Shown: piece by piece, positions 47,601 through 59,348 of the stretch
How the letters are laid out: every line of letters begins with the position of its first letter
How positions within the stretch are numbered: the first letter of the stretch is position 1
Source of the DNA: Epithemia pelagica
Lineage: Eukaryota; Protista; Bacillariophyta
NCBI GenBank assembly: GCA_946965045.2
Contig: OX337240.1
Location: 1,054,001-1,118,000, forward strand
DNA length: 64,000 nt
Reading direction: 5' to 3'
Translations under genes and position numbers: made by a program
Notes under the pieces: model-generated
Databases searched by the model: none
Seen by the model: the letters and a program-made list of their open reading frames with translations, nothing else
What the model was told of the DNA's origin: nothing

Positions 47601-48088
47601 AGTTTGACCCGATCAACACAATCGCTTGTTTCGAACGATATTGCTCGTCGCATGGGTGTTTTTGGTCAGCCGAAGCGGTCGAACGTGGCTTTGACAAGAG
47701 CTGAGAACTTGTTTATCGTTGTCGGTAATCCAAATACGGTACGTCTTTCGCCGGGCGGACTCCGTGAATGTTGGCTTTCAGGTCGTACTCACTTGTTTGC
47801 GTCTGCTGTTCTCAGTGCATGGCTGACTACTACGTCTGGAGGCAATTTCTTCTGTTTTGTCACCGGAATGGACTTTGGTATGGCGACAATGTTGAATCTG
47901 TTCCACGTCCTTCTGAATCTGTGCTGTCAACAAACCTTGAGCAGCTCATTGACAAACAGAAAGAAGAGGAGAGTGATGCATTGACTGAACCGTCGAATGA
48001 ACAACCAACACCCCCCTCTCACACTACTCATAACGGCGTTATCATCAGCAGCTTGGAGCGCTTACTTCGCTCCAGCAATATTGTTTGA
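44621..48088 (+). CDS. SF1 UPF1-like RNA helicase (MOV10/SDE3/Armitage-like), at least 4 exons
   Basis: The Walker A motif GPAGTGKT is rebuilt across intron 46086-46154. Further motifs CTPSHTAAN, LLDEAAQ, GDPRQL, NYRGHP, GTIEDYQAVE and NVALTRAE. Introns at 47240-47315 and 47739-47815. The 5' end is uncertain. Confidence 0.88.
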
Positions 48089-48304
48089 TGAACCACATTG
48101 TCCAACTTCTGTTTCCTGTTGTAGCAACTCTCACCGATTATTCTTGAAGAATAGTCTGGTTGAGATCTCATGGCAGTCTAAACGGAGATACTCTAGCATC
48201 CTTTCAAATCAAACTGCATATCATTAGGTCTCTTTATAGTACATCTTATTAGTACATCTTATTTCTGTTCATTCCAGTCTATGAATGTCATCTGGATTCA
48301 ACCG

Positions 48305-48991
48305 TTACAAAGAGTGTACCTTTGCCATATGAGAAGCGTAAACTCGCGCAGGCGAAGTAATGTGTTCACATTCTGCACGTATTTGTTTCTCTTTCTTTTC
48401 ATCTGTCAATGATGGGCCATTTTGGATGGCTTCAATCTTTTTCCACATGTCGTGTCTTGTCTTTCGAACCAAATGACGTTGCTTCCGACAAGCCTTGAGC
48501 TCCAATCCCAAGCCGATCATCCAGTCTTGGTCTAAACCCGCAAGTTGCCGATTCACCATGGCAGCAGCTCGCTCCGATGATGAGGAACTCTTGCTTGCAT
48601 CTCTAAGTTTGGTTATCAGTTTTCGGTATACGAAAAGGGGATGCTTGGAGTCCGCCAAGTCGGCGATTCCATGTCCAATTTCATAACATGAACTTCGAAG
48701 GTCATCAATGTCAAAGGAAGAATACCAGAGTTCGGCTTCATGCACATTGTGCTTGTTGTCGTGGCGATAAACATGGGGTTTGCTATCAAAGCGTACTCGC
48801 TTCTCACGCCCGACCAAGTCCAGTTTCGAGAGAGGTGTCAGGGTCGAGGAGACGGATGAGTTTGATTCTCCAACCAGCAACAGGCGGCGAAAATTCGACT
48901 TGAAAAGCTCTCGTTTTAGAACTCGCATGGTCCAAGGGCCCGATTCGTTTGACTTGGTCGGATAATGTGGCTGGGAGGGGGTCGCAGTCAA
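48305..48991 (-). CDS. Diatom-type hypothetical protein (RVRF..ELWY family)
   Basis: ATG ORF of 228 aa with a KRVRFDSKP..AELWYSSFDI motif of the kind often seen in diatom proteins. Confidence 0.6.
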   Translation of the reverse strand: MTATPSQPHYPTKSNESGPWTMRVLKRELFKSNFRRLLLVGESNSSVSSTLTPLSKLDLVGREKRVRFDSKPHVYRHDNKHNVHEAELWYSSFDIDDLRSSCYEIGHGIADLADSKHPLFVYRKLITKLRDASKSSSSSERAAAMVNRQLAGLDQDWMIGLGLELKACRKQRHLVRKTRHDMWKKIEAIQNGPSLTDEKKEKQIRAECEHITSPARVYASHMAKVHSL

Positions 48992-50857
48992 AGATCAGGA
49001 TCAGGATTTTCATGATCAGAATGATGTGGAGAGTTCAGATGAAAGCTCGCTTAGTCCCATACTCGTAAGCACCTCGGGAAGCAAAATTCGGTGTAATCCC
49101 CAGAAAATCCGAAAAATTGTTAAGTAATTCTTGTTGAGAGGACTACAATAATATTGGGGACGTGCTGCAAAGTAGCACAAGCTCTACCAGTTAACAGTAT
49201 CATTGCCATAATCCCTCGGTATCAGTGTCCACTGCTTAGCTGTTTTTTGTCTGTGCGACCTTCATAGGTTCCCAAGTGGACACAGACAGGAAATTTCACT
49301 TTTTGTCTGTCCTTTTCACCAATATGATTCCTCGTGCTGGTGGAAATGCCGGCGTGCAAGTAGCCGTTGGCGGTTGGCACCTTCCTGTGACCGTGACCAC
49401 GATTCAAATTTGGAATCCTTTCATACTCGTCACAAAAAATTTCACGCGGTGTCAAAAACATCGACATTGACCATGAAGCGAGCTCTTTACGAATCCTTGT
49501 GACCTGAAGCAGTATGTTGGTTGGTTTTCTCTCTTGTTACTTGTTGTTTGTCTCTTAGCTTCTTTCATGCCCTGCATAGTTTTCTCACACGTTATCTCAT
49601 TTATCTTTGTCCATGTTAAAGTTGATGGTTTGTTGTCCTTTGATTTCGTCGCAATGAAACGGAGGACAAGTCATTGTAGGCCATTTGCCACAACTTTTCC
49701 TTTGCTTTATTCGTAGTGCTGTTTGATTGTTGGTTGGTTGTCTTCATATCTTTGTAGCATGTTTTTTACACTCATCATTGTGTTTCGCCCATCCATCATC
49801 CGTGTCAACCACAGAACCTTTCGTTGAGTGGTAGATCTAGATGACGACAACTGCAGCATCTTGTTGTCACTAGTCCTACTATAACTAGAGGAGTAGTCGT
49901 CATGGATCATAGGAGTAGAGTCTATCGGATATGCTGGAAGATGGCTTCTTACCTGCTTCAGAGTGTCATGGTTGTTGAAAACAAGGAAATAACACGCTGC
50001 AACGATCTTACAAAACCTATGAAAGATGAGAACTAAACTACAGATAAAAACTCCTCCAAAATTCAAAGAAAAGAAGCTTTATGTTGTGGTTTCCAATTTT
50101 AAGCCGAGGCTCGAATGGAGAATAGGCATTCCATAGCCACAAAACTTTCGCTCTCAAAGAAGTGGAGAGAGACAGTTGGCGAATGGAGAATATCAGAAGA
50201 GAAAAACAAATACAAGAAAGAGGGAGAAGTTAGAATGACAGTACAAGAGCTGTTGTCATGGAAACATTTTGTGCGTTCAAACTTACCTCAATTGCATGAA
50301 AGGCGACAATTCATGCCATGCCATTGTGAACTGTGATGGCCTCTGTGTGATTTTATGGCGGATTTGGATGGCGCATTCTGCGAAGACCAACCAACCGTCA
50401 TCCACGCAGGGCCGCTTGCTGGGCTTGCGTCTGTTTCATGAACTGTGAAAACTCCAGCTGGGTATGCGCGCCAATTTGCTTTTTAGCCATTTCCATTTGA
50501 GTCAAAAAGGAAATTTCCTGTCTGTGTCCACCTGGGAACCTATGAAGGTGGCACAGACAAAAAACAGCTAAGCAGTGGACACTGATACCGAGGGTTCTGT
50601 TGGGCTTGTTGTTGGGGCTTGTTGTTTTTCCAGTGGCAGAGATAATCGGATAAACTGTAGCGTCACACCCTACCAATTTGTGATTATTGTTGGGCCCACT
50701 GGTAATTTCGGAGTCGCAGATAATAATCATGAAAATGACGCGAAAGATCCATTTACAGCGATGGATCTTCTATGAAATTGAGTGCGTCCATACAAAGATT
50801 GGAGAAAACGCTTTGTTTGACCTTTTCTCCCTTCTTGATGGAGAGCATGAAAAAGAA

Positions 50858-52392
50858 ATGAGTCTCGTCCGTCGTAAAGCGACAAAGATGTCCGATGGAC
50901 CAAGTTCCGTTGTCACGCGCACCGACACATCCAAGGACAAGCCTTGGGTTCGTGCACGGAAAGTAGCGTTTGATATTGGCTTCATTTCTTTCGTGCTCTA
51001 CTATGTGGTTCATCTTCTCTCGTCACATGAGGAAGACGTTGCTGCGCCACCCTTGATCAAGGATCCCAACTTACAGCCCAAGAGGATTCGCCTTTCTGAC
51101 GGTGTCGTGATGACAGTTGCCTTGAGAAAAAAGAAACCAAACGACCAAAACGATAATGACGACACATTTGATCTTGGTCCTCACTCTCTCTTCCTTTACG
51201 TCGACAAGAAGAAGTGTGAATTTCCGAGGGTGTTTGCCCGTTTTGTGGGGGACGCACTGGTCTACTTGCACTTTGTGGAGGATACTGCAAGTGGAGCATG
51301 GATTGGAACGCTCACATTCCCAGTGTCTGGATATTACACTCTACAAACCTATTTCTATGGCTGTAGCTCTGCCCGCGTGGATGAAAATCCTCAAACGAAC
51401 CCTCAAGCTCTCAACGTGAAGATTATCGGAAAGAATGATCCAACTTCGCGTGTAAAGTCTCTTTTCCCCTTCTCCTGGTGGCTCAACTCCAACAAGACTG
51501 ACTTGAATCCGAGTAACAAATACGTGTGGGTGGACCCGACACGGACAGAGCAATCGCTTGTGAAAGCTTCGGATAGCTTGGTGGTAACAGAGTCGGTAGC
51601 CACCAAGGAACACGGATTTTATCAGGTAATTAATGAAACCTCGGTGACTCAATGATCATGTCCTTTCACAATTCATCTACTTACTTCAAGGCTGTCATTT
51701 TCTTTTAGTTTAAACGCCTGGGTAATTATGAATTGCTCTGTTTTCTGGGAAACAAAACTATGGAGCAGATTCGAAGGAATTTTTTGGACATTCGACCAAG
51801 CATCTTCCCGTCACAGCGTCCTTTCAAGTTCCATATGTATAACATGGCTGGATTCTTTCACCGACCGGATCGATATTGGAGTTACAGTGACAAACAAAGG
51901 ATCCGAAAATGCAAACACATGCTGATGAACATGGAAGAGTTGGAAGGTGCACTTTCACAACAACAGTATCGCGACCAGCTCACATCATTTGTGGGACATC
52001 TTTTGAAGCTCATGAATGATACAACATTTCCGATCAGCCTTTTCACGTGGATGCAACCGCCCATGCACGCAACAAGTTGCTTTGATCCATTTCTGAATAG
52101 AACGACGGATCACCCGTGCAATGACGTTCTGAAAAATCTCTTTCCACCTCATGCACAAGCTTTTCCAGCTCGAGTGAAGCTCATTGACAATACCGACATC
52201 TCACTGCCACTCTTGGACGAGGGAAGCTCGTCCAAAGCACTTGCGAATGTTGCTCTGCGGATTTTTGCCATATCGGGACATCAAGTTTCGACGTGGCGGG
52301 CCGATGGGCAGCATGGAGAAATTGATGGTCTCCATCGCAACGGAACAGTGGAACCAAACTTTGACCTTGTTCCCTACACAGGATGGGAATGA
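50858..52392 (+). CDS. Type II membrane protein with a possible SGNH/PC-esterase-like C-terminal domain, 2 exons
   Basis: TM helix FDIGFISFVLYYVVHLL. Intron 51626-51708 joins the two ORFs in frame. LCFLGNKT and DNTDISLPL motifs. Confidence 0.6.
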
Positions 52393-52896
52393 CCGACAAC
52401 TGATCGTCTATACAGAGCGTCGATTCTTTGGAATTTCAAAGTGCTTGCTGTACAAGGAACTGCTGTGTCAACTTACACTTCAGCTGCACTGTCTGACAAA
52501 TTCAGCGGATGCATCATACACCACGTGCGTCTGTCTGGAAAAGTTTTCCTCTGCCCATCAGAAGCAGCAGCATCCACAGATTTCAAGAGATCTCGAACCT
52601 ATATTCTACTCTTGGGTAAACGTTATTCCCACAGTTTTCCAAGAGAAGCACTGGTTGGAACTTCGTCCTTCATACTCTACGACGGTCCTCCAGAAGAAGC
52701 ACTGGTTCTATGTTATGATTACGGACTTCTCTAGTCTTACTCGTTACCCCGTAAAATGGGCAAGATTCCAGCAAACTATTAGGTGCATCACCGGGCCAGA
52801 AACTCTGCTGAAAGTGATGCGATCCTGTGGGTCCGCCCAAAGATACGATGCAAGTCTCGTGGTCATTGGTGTTTTGATGTCTCTAGTAGAGTTGGT

Positions 52897-53502
52897 TTAC
52901 TCGTCGTGATAGTCTTCACCGGCACCTTCTTGTAGAACTTGTTTTAGATCCACAACCATTTCATTGACGTCATGCCCTTTGAGTTGAGATTGTGTCATTT
53001 TGCAAGTAACGTCAAATTGAAGCATTTCCAACATCCCTCTCACCATGCCACAAAGCAATTGGCTATACTCCAGTTCCGATCGATCTTCCGGCAATTCCAC
53101 AAAAATAGTCAAGGGATTGTCGACCATTGTGATTGAATACGATGTTTCCGATTTGATACTGGATTCTGCGGTCACTCCCAAAAACATTTTGAGACTTGCT
53201 TTCAACAGTTCGGCCGTATCGGCAAACACCTGGCTTTTCAAGGCGGCGCCCACCGAACCTCCCTGTTGCTCGGCGGCAGATTTGGCAAGAAACTCTTCAA
53301 TACAGCGAATCCCCATTGAATGCCCCATTCGATCCAATTCCTCTTGAATTTTATCTGTTTTCTCGAGATCGCGCATCAATTCGCCCACCATGGCGCCGTA
53401 GGTGAGAGCAAAGAGCTCGGCATTGACCTTGGATTGCTTGTGCCACAGGACGTTGCCCACGCTTGCTGTGGAAGCCAAATTAGAGGATGCTTTTGAAGAC
53501 AT
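52897..53502 (-). CDS. BET3: TRAPP complex subunit 3
   Basis: KVNAELFALTYGAMV, MGHSMGIRCIEEFLAK, NPLTIFVELP and YSQLLCGMVRGMLEM. Confidence 0.93.
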   Translation of the reverse strand: MSSKASSNLASTASVGNVLWHKQSKVNAELFALTYGAMVGELMRDLEKTDKIQEELDRMGHSMGIRCIEEFLAKSAAEQQGGSVGAALKSQVFADTAELLKASLKMFLGVTAESSIKSETSYSITMVDNPLTIFVELPEDRSELEYSQLLCGMVRGMLEMLQFDVTCKMTQSQLKGHDVNEMVVDLKQVLQEGAGEDYHDE

Positions 53503-53965
53503 TATATCCTATCGAAAGAGTTAAGTGGAGATGATAGAAGTCGAGATGCTTTCAACAAGATCCAAGGAAGTCTCCTCTTCGCAAGAGTTGAGAAGAGTTG
53601 CCCCGAATCTGATCAAAAGCAATGATCAAAATGAGGGGTGATATTTCGGGGTGATAGATCCCCAAATTGAAGCAAAAAAGCTACCTGGTCCACAAGCTTT
53701 ACTATGTGTGCCGTCCAAGTCCCAACAGAAAATGCCAAAAGACTCTCGTTTCATTCTACCTACTCCTACTCCGAAGAACTATTGCTCCCACTCGCCCTAC
53801 CAAGACAATGCTGGAACGCTTAAAGAGAAGCATGACAAATCTTAACATTATGCCAGTCGTGTTGCTTCTTCGAACTTTGGTAGTTGTATCTATTGCAGAG
53901 CTAGATGGATCCAAGCCGTCCATCCAGGTTGAGGCAACCTTGGGTAGAGACGCATGATTGTGGTT

Positions 53966-55051
53966 TCATGGCCATAAAAGACGTGCCAGCGCATTTCGTC
54001 CCTTTTCCAGAAGACCACCTTCCCCTCGATTGTTTTCCAATGCCGTGGCAACGGCCGATAAGGCATGGTGTTCAAAGAGCGCATCTCGGACTTCCTTTTC
54101 CCCCACCGACAAGAGGTAGACCGCCCCGCAGGCCCATTCGAGCAATTCCGTGGCATCGGCATGCTGATTGATGGCATTGACCAAGACGGGGATTCCACCC
54201 GCCTTGAGAATTTGCAATCGATTGCCATCGTTTCCCCAAATCAAGTTTTGAAAGGTTCCGCATCCTCCCAATTGTACCCCCTCATGATTTGGAAACTCTT
54301 TCATGGCCTTGACCAACATGTTGATTCCACCCGAGCTCGCAATGCCACTCTTGTTGTTTTGATCCAAGGCCAAGTTTTGCAAGGCACGGCCACCGGCAGC
54401 TTGTACTTCTGGATCTTTGGAAAACTTTTGCAATGCCTTGACAATGGCCAACAGACCACCCGTCAAACTAATAGTGACGCGATTAGGGCCTGCATTGGCA
54501 TTCCCATAGCTGAGATTGGCCACCTTGGTCAAGGCATCTTCGACCACGCGAGGATCGTCATCCCACAATCCCTCTGTTACCAATGTACTAATCGATGGTT
54601 CTTTTTTCAAATTGTCTTCCTTGACTTTTTCAAGAGCCGCCTGTATTTCAGCCTTGGGGACTTGTGGTGTTGCAGTCGTTCGATTGGTTGTGGTCGTCGT
54701 CGTGGTTGTTGTTGTGGTGCCCCCACCGGACGCGGGTGCAGGTTTCATGCCCGACACTTTTTGTGCCGCTGCCACGGCTTCTCGATTGGCTGCATCCGGT
54801 GTGGGTGTGACGGGAAGGACTGCGGCAATATCGGCTGCCAGAGCTGTAGGATCGGGAGCCATCAAGACTTGATTGGTGGTGGCGCTTGTTGCCGTTGTTG
54901 CGCTAGTAGTGTCCGCTGCAGCACCGGTACCGGAATCCGTTCGCGGGCGCTTGGAGGACGGTTCATAATTATTTGTCGTCGTACTCTCTCCTGTTGTTGG
55001 TGGTTGTTCTGTTTGACGTTCTCGGGTTGGTGGAGTACCTGATGGATCCAT
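53966..55051 (-). CDS. Armadillo-repeat protein
   Basis: Repeated GG..AIV.AL..F....VQ..G..ALQNL units after a Thr/Pro-rich N-terminus. Confidence 0.85.
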   Translation of the reverse strand: MDPSGTPPTRERQTEQPPTTGESTTTNNYEPSSKRPRTDSGTGAAADTTSATTATSATTNQVLMAPDPTALAADIAAVLPVTPTPDAANREAVAAAQKVSGMKPAPASGGGTTTTTTTTTTTNRTTATPQVPKAEIQAALEKVKEDNLKKEPSISTLVTEGLWDDDPRVVEDALTKVANLSYGNANAGPNRVTISLTGGLLAIVKALQKFSKDPEVQAAGGRALQNLALDQNNKSGIASSGGINMLVKAMKEFPNHEGVQLGGCGTFQNLIWGNDGNRLQILKAGGIPVLVNAINQHADATELLEWACGAVYLLSVGEKEVRDALFEHHALSAVATALENNRGEGGLLEKGRNALARLLWP

Positions 55052-55267
55052 CGTTTGTGAGACAACAACAGAGGACCAACGGTACCGTGGTCATTCCTTT
55101 GCCACTGCAATTCCAAAATTTCGAGTTGGATGTTCGTCTAACCGTGGACGTAGAAAGTCGTTTAACGGTACCGTTAAACTTTCTATGACCTGATAACGGT
55201 TCGTTCTTCAATACCGCGCTCGAAGCTCCACTGGCCTGCGTGCTATCTGCCCCTCTTCTGGACTCTA

Positions 55268-55325
55268 GAATCTATACCCCCTGTTTTGGAACTTCCGAAT
55301 CTATACCCCCTGTTTTGGAACTTCC
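55268..55325. repeat. Perfect 29-bp tandem duplication in a divergent promoter
   Basis: GAATCTATACCCCCTGTTTTGGAACTTCC at 55268-55296 and 55297-55325. Confidence 0.95.
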
Positions 55326-55408
55326 ACGTGTTGCGATGATCACAAACCTCTTGATGGATTTTGTATTTTGTGGATCAACGATTGCGTCGAAGGACGTATT
55401 ATAGAACC

Positions 55409-57055
55409 ATGATTGCAAGAAGGTCACATAGACGCCAAGCTGTCATTAGCTTGATCCTATTGATTGGAATCACGTATCTCGGCCATCATGGGTACTTTCG
55501 TCCACGAACGGGCCACAAGAACCATCACCATTCCATGGGTGTGGCCGAGGCCGACGTGATGCGACCGTACAATCTCGATTATTTGGATGTGGAAACCATG
55601 AAGTATTATTTGGAGCCGGATCCACATCGTCCTACGCATGATTACGATGTCGCGGTCTTGTACTATGCTCAATGGGACTCGAACAGTCACGCCTTTGCTC
55701 CCATTTGGGACAAAATCGGTCGCCTCTTGCATGCCGGATCAAAAGAAGCCAATCTCATTATGGGCTTGTTTGATTGCGAAACGAATCAAGAACATATGCA
55801 AGTCTGTGATCAAGCCCATGTCAAGCATTATCCAACTGTGAAATTCTACAGTCTTTCCGGGAAGCTCTTTTTTCATGGCAAACAACGCAAGACGAAAAAG
55901 AATCCCATTCCTCGTCATGGGACCGATTTCTTGGGCAATTGGCAATATGGAGATGCTGTCTTTGATTGGATCCGGACCATGACGACCATGTCGCGTTGGC
56001 ATCGATCTGGATGGAGACAAAAGTTACTATCGCTCTTTCAAGGTGGCAAACACAAAACACCTCTCCTCAAGGACCAACCCCTTCCTTTGGGAGTGCCACG
56101 ACAAGGGACAGCCACAGCAGCCACTACTCCAGGATCATCACCATTCACAACCACGTCCATGGATGCATCGGCCTTTACGGGAGCTGCTTCGTCGTCGTCG
56201 TCGTCGTCATCCGCTACTGACTCGTCGTCGCCGACCTTTTCGGCAGCCCAAGTCTTGGATCTCCAAAATCAATACGAAGAAGTGATTTCCTCCCTGGAGG
56301 CAATTGCCATTCGGAGTAGTCACATGGTGGATGCCCTATTGCATCCCGTGACTGTGCACAACAGTGTTTCGACTCGTGTGGGGGAAAATTCCAGTCTGGT
56401 AACGGTCACGTTGCGGCACGAAGACACGGGCAAAAACTATACCGATGCCTTTTGGTTCATGACGGAAACCAATGCCTGGCACTCCAATCGAACCACCCAA
56501 CCCGCATCGTCCCATGCCTTTGCTCCATCGGCACCGCCGCCGGCCGTGGACAAGGACACGTTGATTCAAAATGACGATTTCGTCCTGCGGAGCTGTCTCA
56601 TGGAACTTTCCTTGGATTATTGTTCTCGTTTTTCCGACAAGTTGGCCTTGGATTGGTTGGATCGTTTGGACAATACCATTATTGACCAATGGACGGCCGA
56701 CCTGGTCAATTCGACGGCCCTGGAAGCGGAATTTTTGCAATTGCTGGAAGAACAAGAACCCTATTGTGTCGTATTGGAATCCTGTTTGACTCTAAATATG
56801 GAACCGGCCGAATGTCGTCCTCCGACGTGTCCCTTTGTGGATCCAACCGCCTGTCGCTACCTGTCGTCCTGTTTTCATCCCGACGTTCAACGTCATTATG
56901 CCAAAACACTTCAAGTCAATACGACCCTCTCGACGTCCGCATCGTCATCGTCGTCGTCCTTTGCCGCTACGGATACATCCGTGCCCGTGACCGACGCATC
57001 GGCCTCCTCCGACACCAAGGCGGCAAAGGACAAGAGAGGGTGGGGTCTGTTCTGA
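55409..57055 (+). CDS. Membrane-anchored thioredoxin-fold (PDI-like, no CxxC) protein with a Cys-rich C-terminus
   Basis: N-terminal TM helix, AVLYYAQW..FAPIWDKI, GLFDCE and HVKHYPTVKFY. C-terminal CPF..PTACRY..CF. Confidence 0.75.
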   Translation: MIARRSHRRQAVISLILLIGITYLGHHGYFRPRTGHKNHHHSMGVAEADVMRPYNLDYLDVETMKYYLEPDPHRPTHDYDVAVLYYAQWDSNSHAFAPIWDKIGRLLHAGSKEANLIMGLFDCETNQEHMQVCDQAHVKHYPTVKFYSLSGKLFFHGKQRKTKKNPIPRHGTDFLGNWQYGDAVFDWIRTMTTMSRWHRSGWRQKLLSLFQGGKHKTPLLKDQPLPLGVPRQGTATAATTPGSSPFTTTSMDASAFTGAASSSSSSSSATDSSSPTFSAAQVLDLQNQYEEVISSLEAIAIRSSHMVDALLHPVTVHNSVSTRVGENSSLVTVTLRHEDTGKNYTDAFWFMTETNAWHSNRTTQPASSHAFAPSAPPPAVDKDTLIQNDDFVLRSCLMELSLDYCSRFSDKLALDWLDRLDNTIIDQWTADLVNSTALEAEFLQLLEEQEPYCVVLESCLTLNMEPAECRPPTCPFVDPTACRYLSSCFHPDVQRHYAKTLQVNTTLSTSASSSSSSFAATDTSVPVTDASASSDTKAAKDKRGWGLF

Positions 57056-57402
57056 AAAACGAAATGCCACAAGACTGACAATTCCTTGTGAATTTACCTA
57101 CACACTGCAATGCTAGTAGTATATCTGCCAACCATTTCTCTACCGAATGATAATATAGGGCAACCGCTTCTCTTTCTCTCTCTCTACGCCGCGCATAGGA
57201 GCTCTACCGTTCTACAGCAGCGATATATTTTTATGAGAGTGTCTCTATAGTTTGATTTAAGGAATGGCACAAGAGATGAGCCATCGTGTGCCAGTGATTC
57301 TTCTCGCATTCCCCCGTCTCTTTTTTCCCCGTCTCTCGACTCGGTACTTTTGCTGGTCTATTCAGTGGCGAACGACTCGTATTGGTGGTGATCCACCATG
57401 GT

Positions 57403-58839
57403 TTATTCCAAGAGTTCCAAATCATCCGTGAGTCGTTCGGAGGAATGGAGTGGAGTCGAGTCTTTGCACTGCGACCACCATCGTTTGGCCCAGGGCAGTA
57501 CGTTGCATAATGCATCTTGGGACAACAAGGACAGTGGCTCCTTGTTGTTGTCGTCGTTGTCGTTGTTGTTGTGGTCGAACTCACGCACGCTGGTGGCGGC
57601 AAGTTCGGATTCAATGCGAGCCAAAATGGTTTGGGTCCAGGCCGTCGTATCGAAATCTTCTTGGAGGAGTGCCAAGGACCGAGTCAATTCGACCGGCAAA
57701 ACGACATCGTGTTCCCATAGACGTTCCGGAATGCATTCGTACAAGCCTGCCATGGAGGACGATTGCGATTGTGACAAGGACGATTCCACGATTGCCTCCT
57801 CCTGTTCGTGTGGAGCCGACAGAGGTTCCACCGTTTCGAGTGGTGGTTGGAGTTGCGGACTGCCCATAGGTTTGGTATCATCGTCGGGTTTGCGTGCCAC
57901 TGGAATGGATGTTTGGTCCACAGGGACGGTTGCGGAGGAGGGGGTCTCCTTGGGGGGAGGAATCAACCGAGCGACGGGTTCCGCAGGGTTCTGGTGGTTG
58001 TCGTCTTGGAGTGTACCCAGTATACCCGAACCCACCGTGAACAGAGTGGAAAGGACCGTCACGGCCACCAACAATGTCAGTCCCAGTCGTTTTCGTCTCG
58101 ATTCGGCCAGTACTAATGATTCGTCAATGGGTCGTTTCCATTCCTCCTCTTGTTCGGGAAACAAATCCAAGGCCGGATCGAGCCGCAACTCGTCCTCCTT
58201 GTCCAGATTGTCGTCGTAGTCGTCATTGTCATTTGTCAAGGCGACATGAGGCGCATGCCACGTCACGGTATCACTGGCTGGATTGTAATAAAATTCCCGA
58301 CGTCGTTCCGGACAAACATAGGTTTGATAGGTAATCATGGTGTTGGGGGTCGTTTCCACCAACCGGGTGCTTTGGGAAGGATTCTTGGTGGGAGGAGACG
58401 ATGCGGATGCTGCCGATTGCGGAGTTCTCATGGTGTCGTTATTGTCGTCGTCGGAATGCGGAGGATAGTCCAAGACGTGTTCCAAGCGTTCTTGCAATCG
58501 AGTATGGTATCGATGAGGATGGTGATACAACTGGTCGAGGACAAGTGAGGAGGAGGAGGGCAATTGCCATGTCACGGCAAGATCGTGTTCCACCTGCTCT
58601 TGCTCTTGGTGTCGGGTTGGTGGTGCTGAGGCTGATGAGAAGGAGGAGGAAGAGAAGGAGGATGATGTGGATCCAGATGGTGGTGGCGGCTTGGTGGATG
58701 AATCGTGTTGCTCATATCCTTTTTGTTGCGTGCCAGCGTGGTGGCGGCAGCGTGTATGGGTGGCGAGCCGGACGACATGCTGGATGCTAAAGTCTCGCGC
58801 AGAGGGGCGATGGCGGATTTCTATTTCCTCTATTTTCAA
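57403..58839 (-). CDS. Low-complexity single-TM protein with a WW-like domain (start uncertain)
   Basis: YQTYVCPERRREFYYNPASDTVTWHAP (WW-like) and TM helix LGLTLLVAVTVLSTLFTVG. Confidence 0.65.
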   Translation of the reverse strand: MKIEEIEIRHRPSARDFSIQHVVRLATHTRCRHHAGTQQKGYEQHDSSTKPPPPSGSTSSSFSSSSFSSASAPPTRHQEQEQVEHDLAVTWQLPSSSSLVLDQLYHHPHRYHTRLQERLEHVLDYPPHSDDDNNDTMRTPQSAASASSPPTKNPSQSTRLVETTPNTMITYQTYVCPERRREFYYNPASDTVTWHAPHVALTNDNDDYDDNLDKEDELRLDPALDLFPEQEEEWKRPIDESLVLAESRRKRLGLTLLVAVTVLSTLFTVGSGILGTLQDDNHQNPAEPVARLIPPPKETPSSATVPVDQTSIPVARKPDDDTKPMGSPQLQPPLETVEPLSAPHEQEEAIVESSLSQSQSSSMAGLYECIPERLWEHDVVLPVELTRSLALLQEDFDTTAWTQTILARIESELAATSVREFDHNNNDNDDNNKEPLSLLSQDALCNVLPWAKRWWSQCKDSTPLHSSERLTDDLELLE

Positions 58840-59348
58840 GCTCTAGAGAAGCACCTCTAGGACGACAATGATGCTGCTGCTGATGATGATGACGGTATTC
58901 AAAGAGGATATTCTTGCTGTCGTTTGGCTGCGTTCGATCGACACCCCCAATGAGTTGTTTGGATGCTCTTACCTTCTGACTATACTTGTACAAATCCACA
59001 TCATTCTCATTGCGAGGGCAAGTCCCGTCGCCAAAAGGTGGTGTAGCGAGCATAGCGACACGCTTCAGTGGACGCGTTTGAATCGCTTTCAAGAAAGTTC
59101 GTATGCTGGCGTGGACGTCGTTTCCGCGACTTGATGTTCCTTCGCGCGACTCAAACATCTGTCGGAGTGGATGATCTCATCCAGTTTGCGGCGTTGAAGA
59201 ACCCGACACCCTGTCGTCGTCCCTTCTTTGTTGTGTTCCTTGAATTGAATTGAGGCAAAGGAATCTTCTGCTCGTGCTCCATGGCAAAGTATTGCAAACG
59301 ACTATGGTGAACGATTGGAAACGACGATCCAGAGGGACAAGGACCAGG

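Noticed and set aside
49700-50730. Possible decayed minus-strand gene fragments
   Set aside because: The fragments are short, in different frames and have no motif I can identify.
52184-52909. 241-aa ORF bridging two convergent genes
   Set aside because: It has no recognisable domain, starts in an alternative frame of a real gene and runs through the 3' UTRs.
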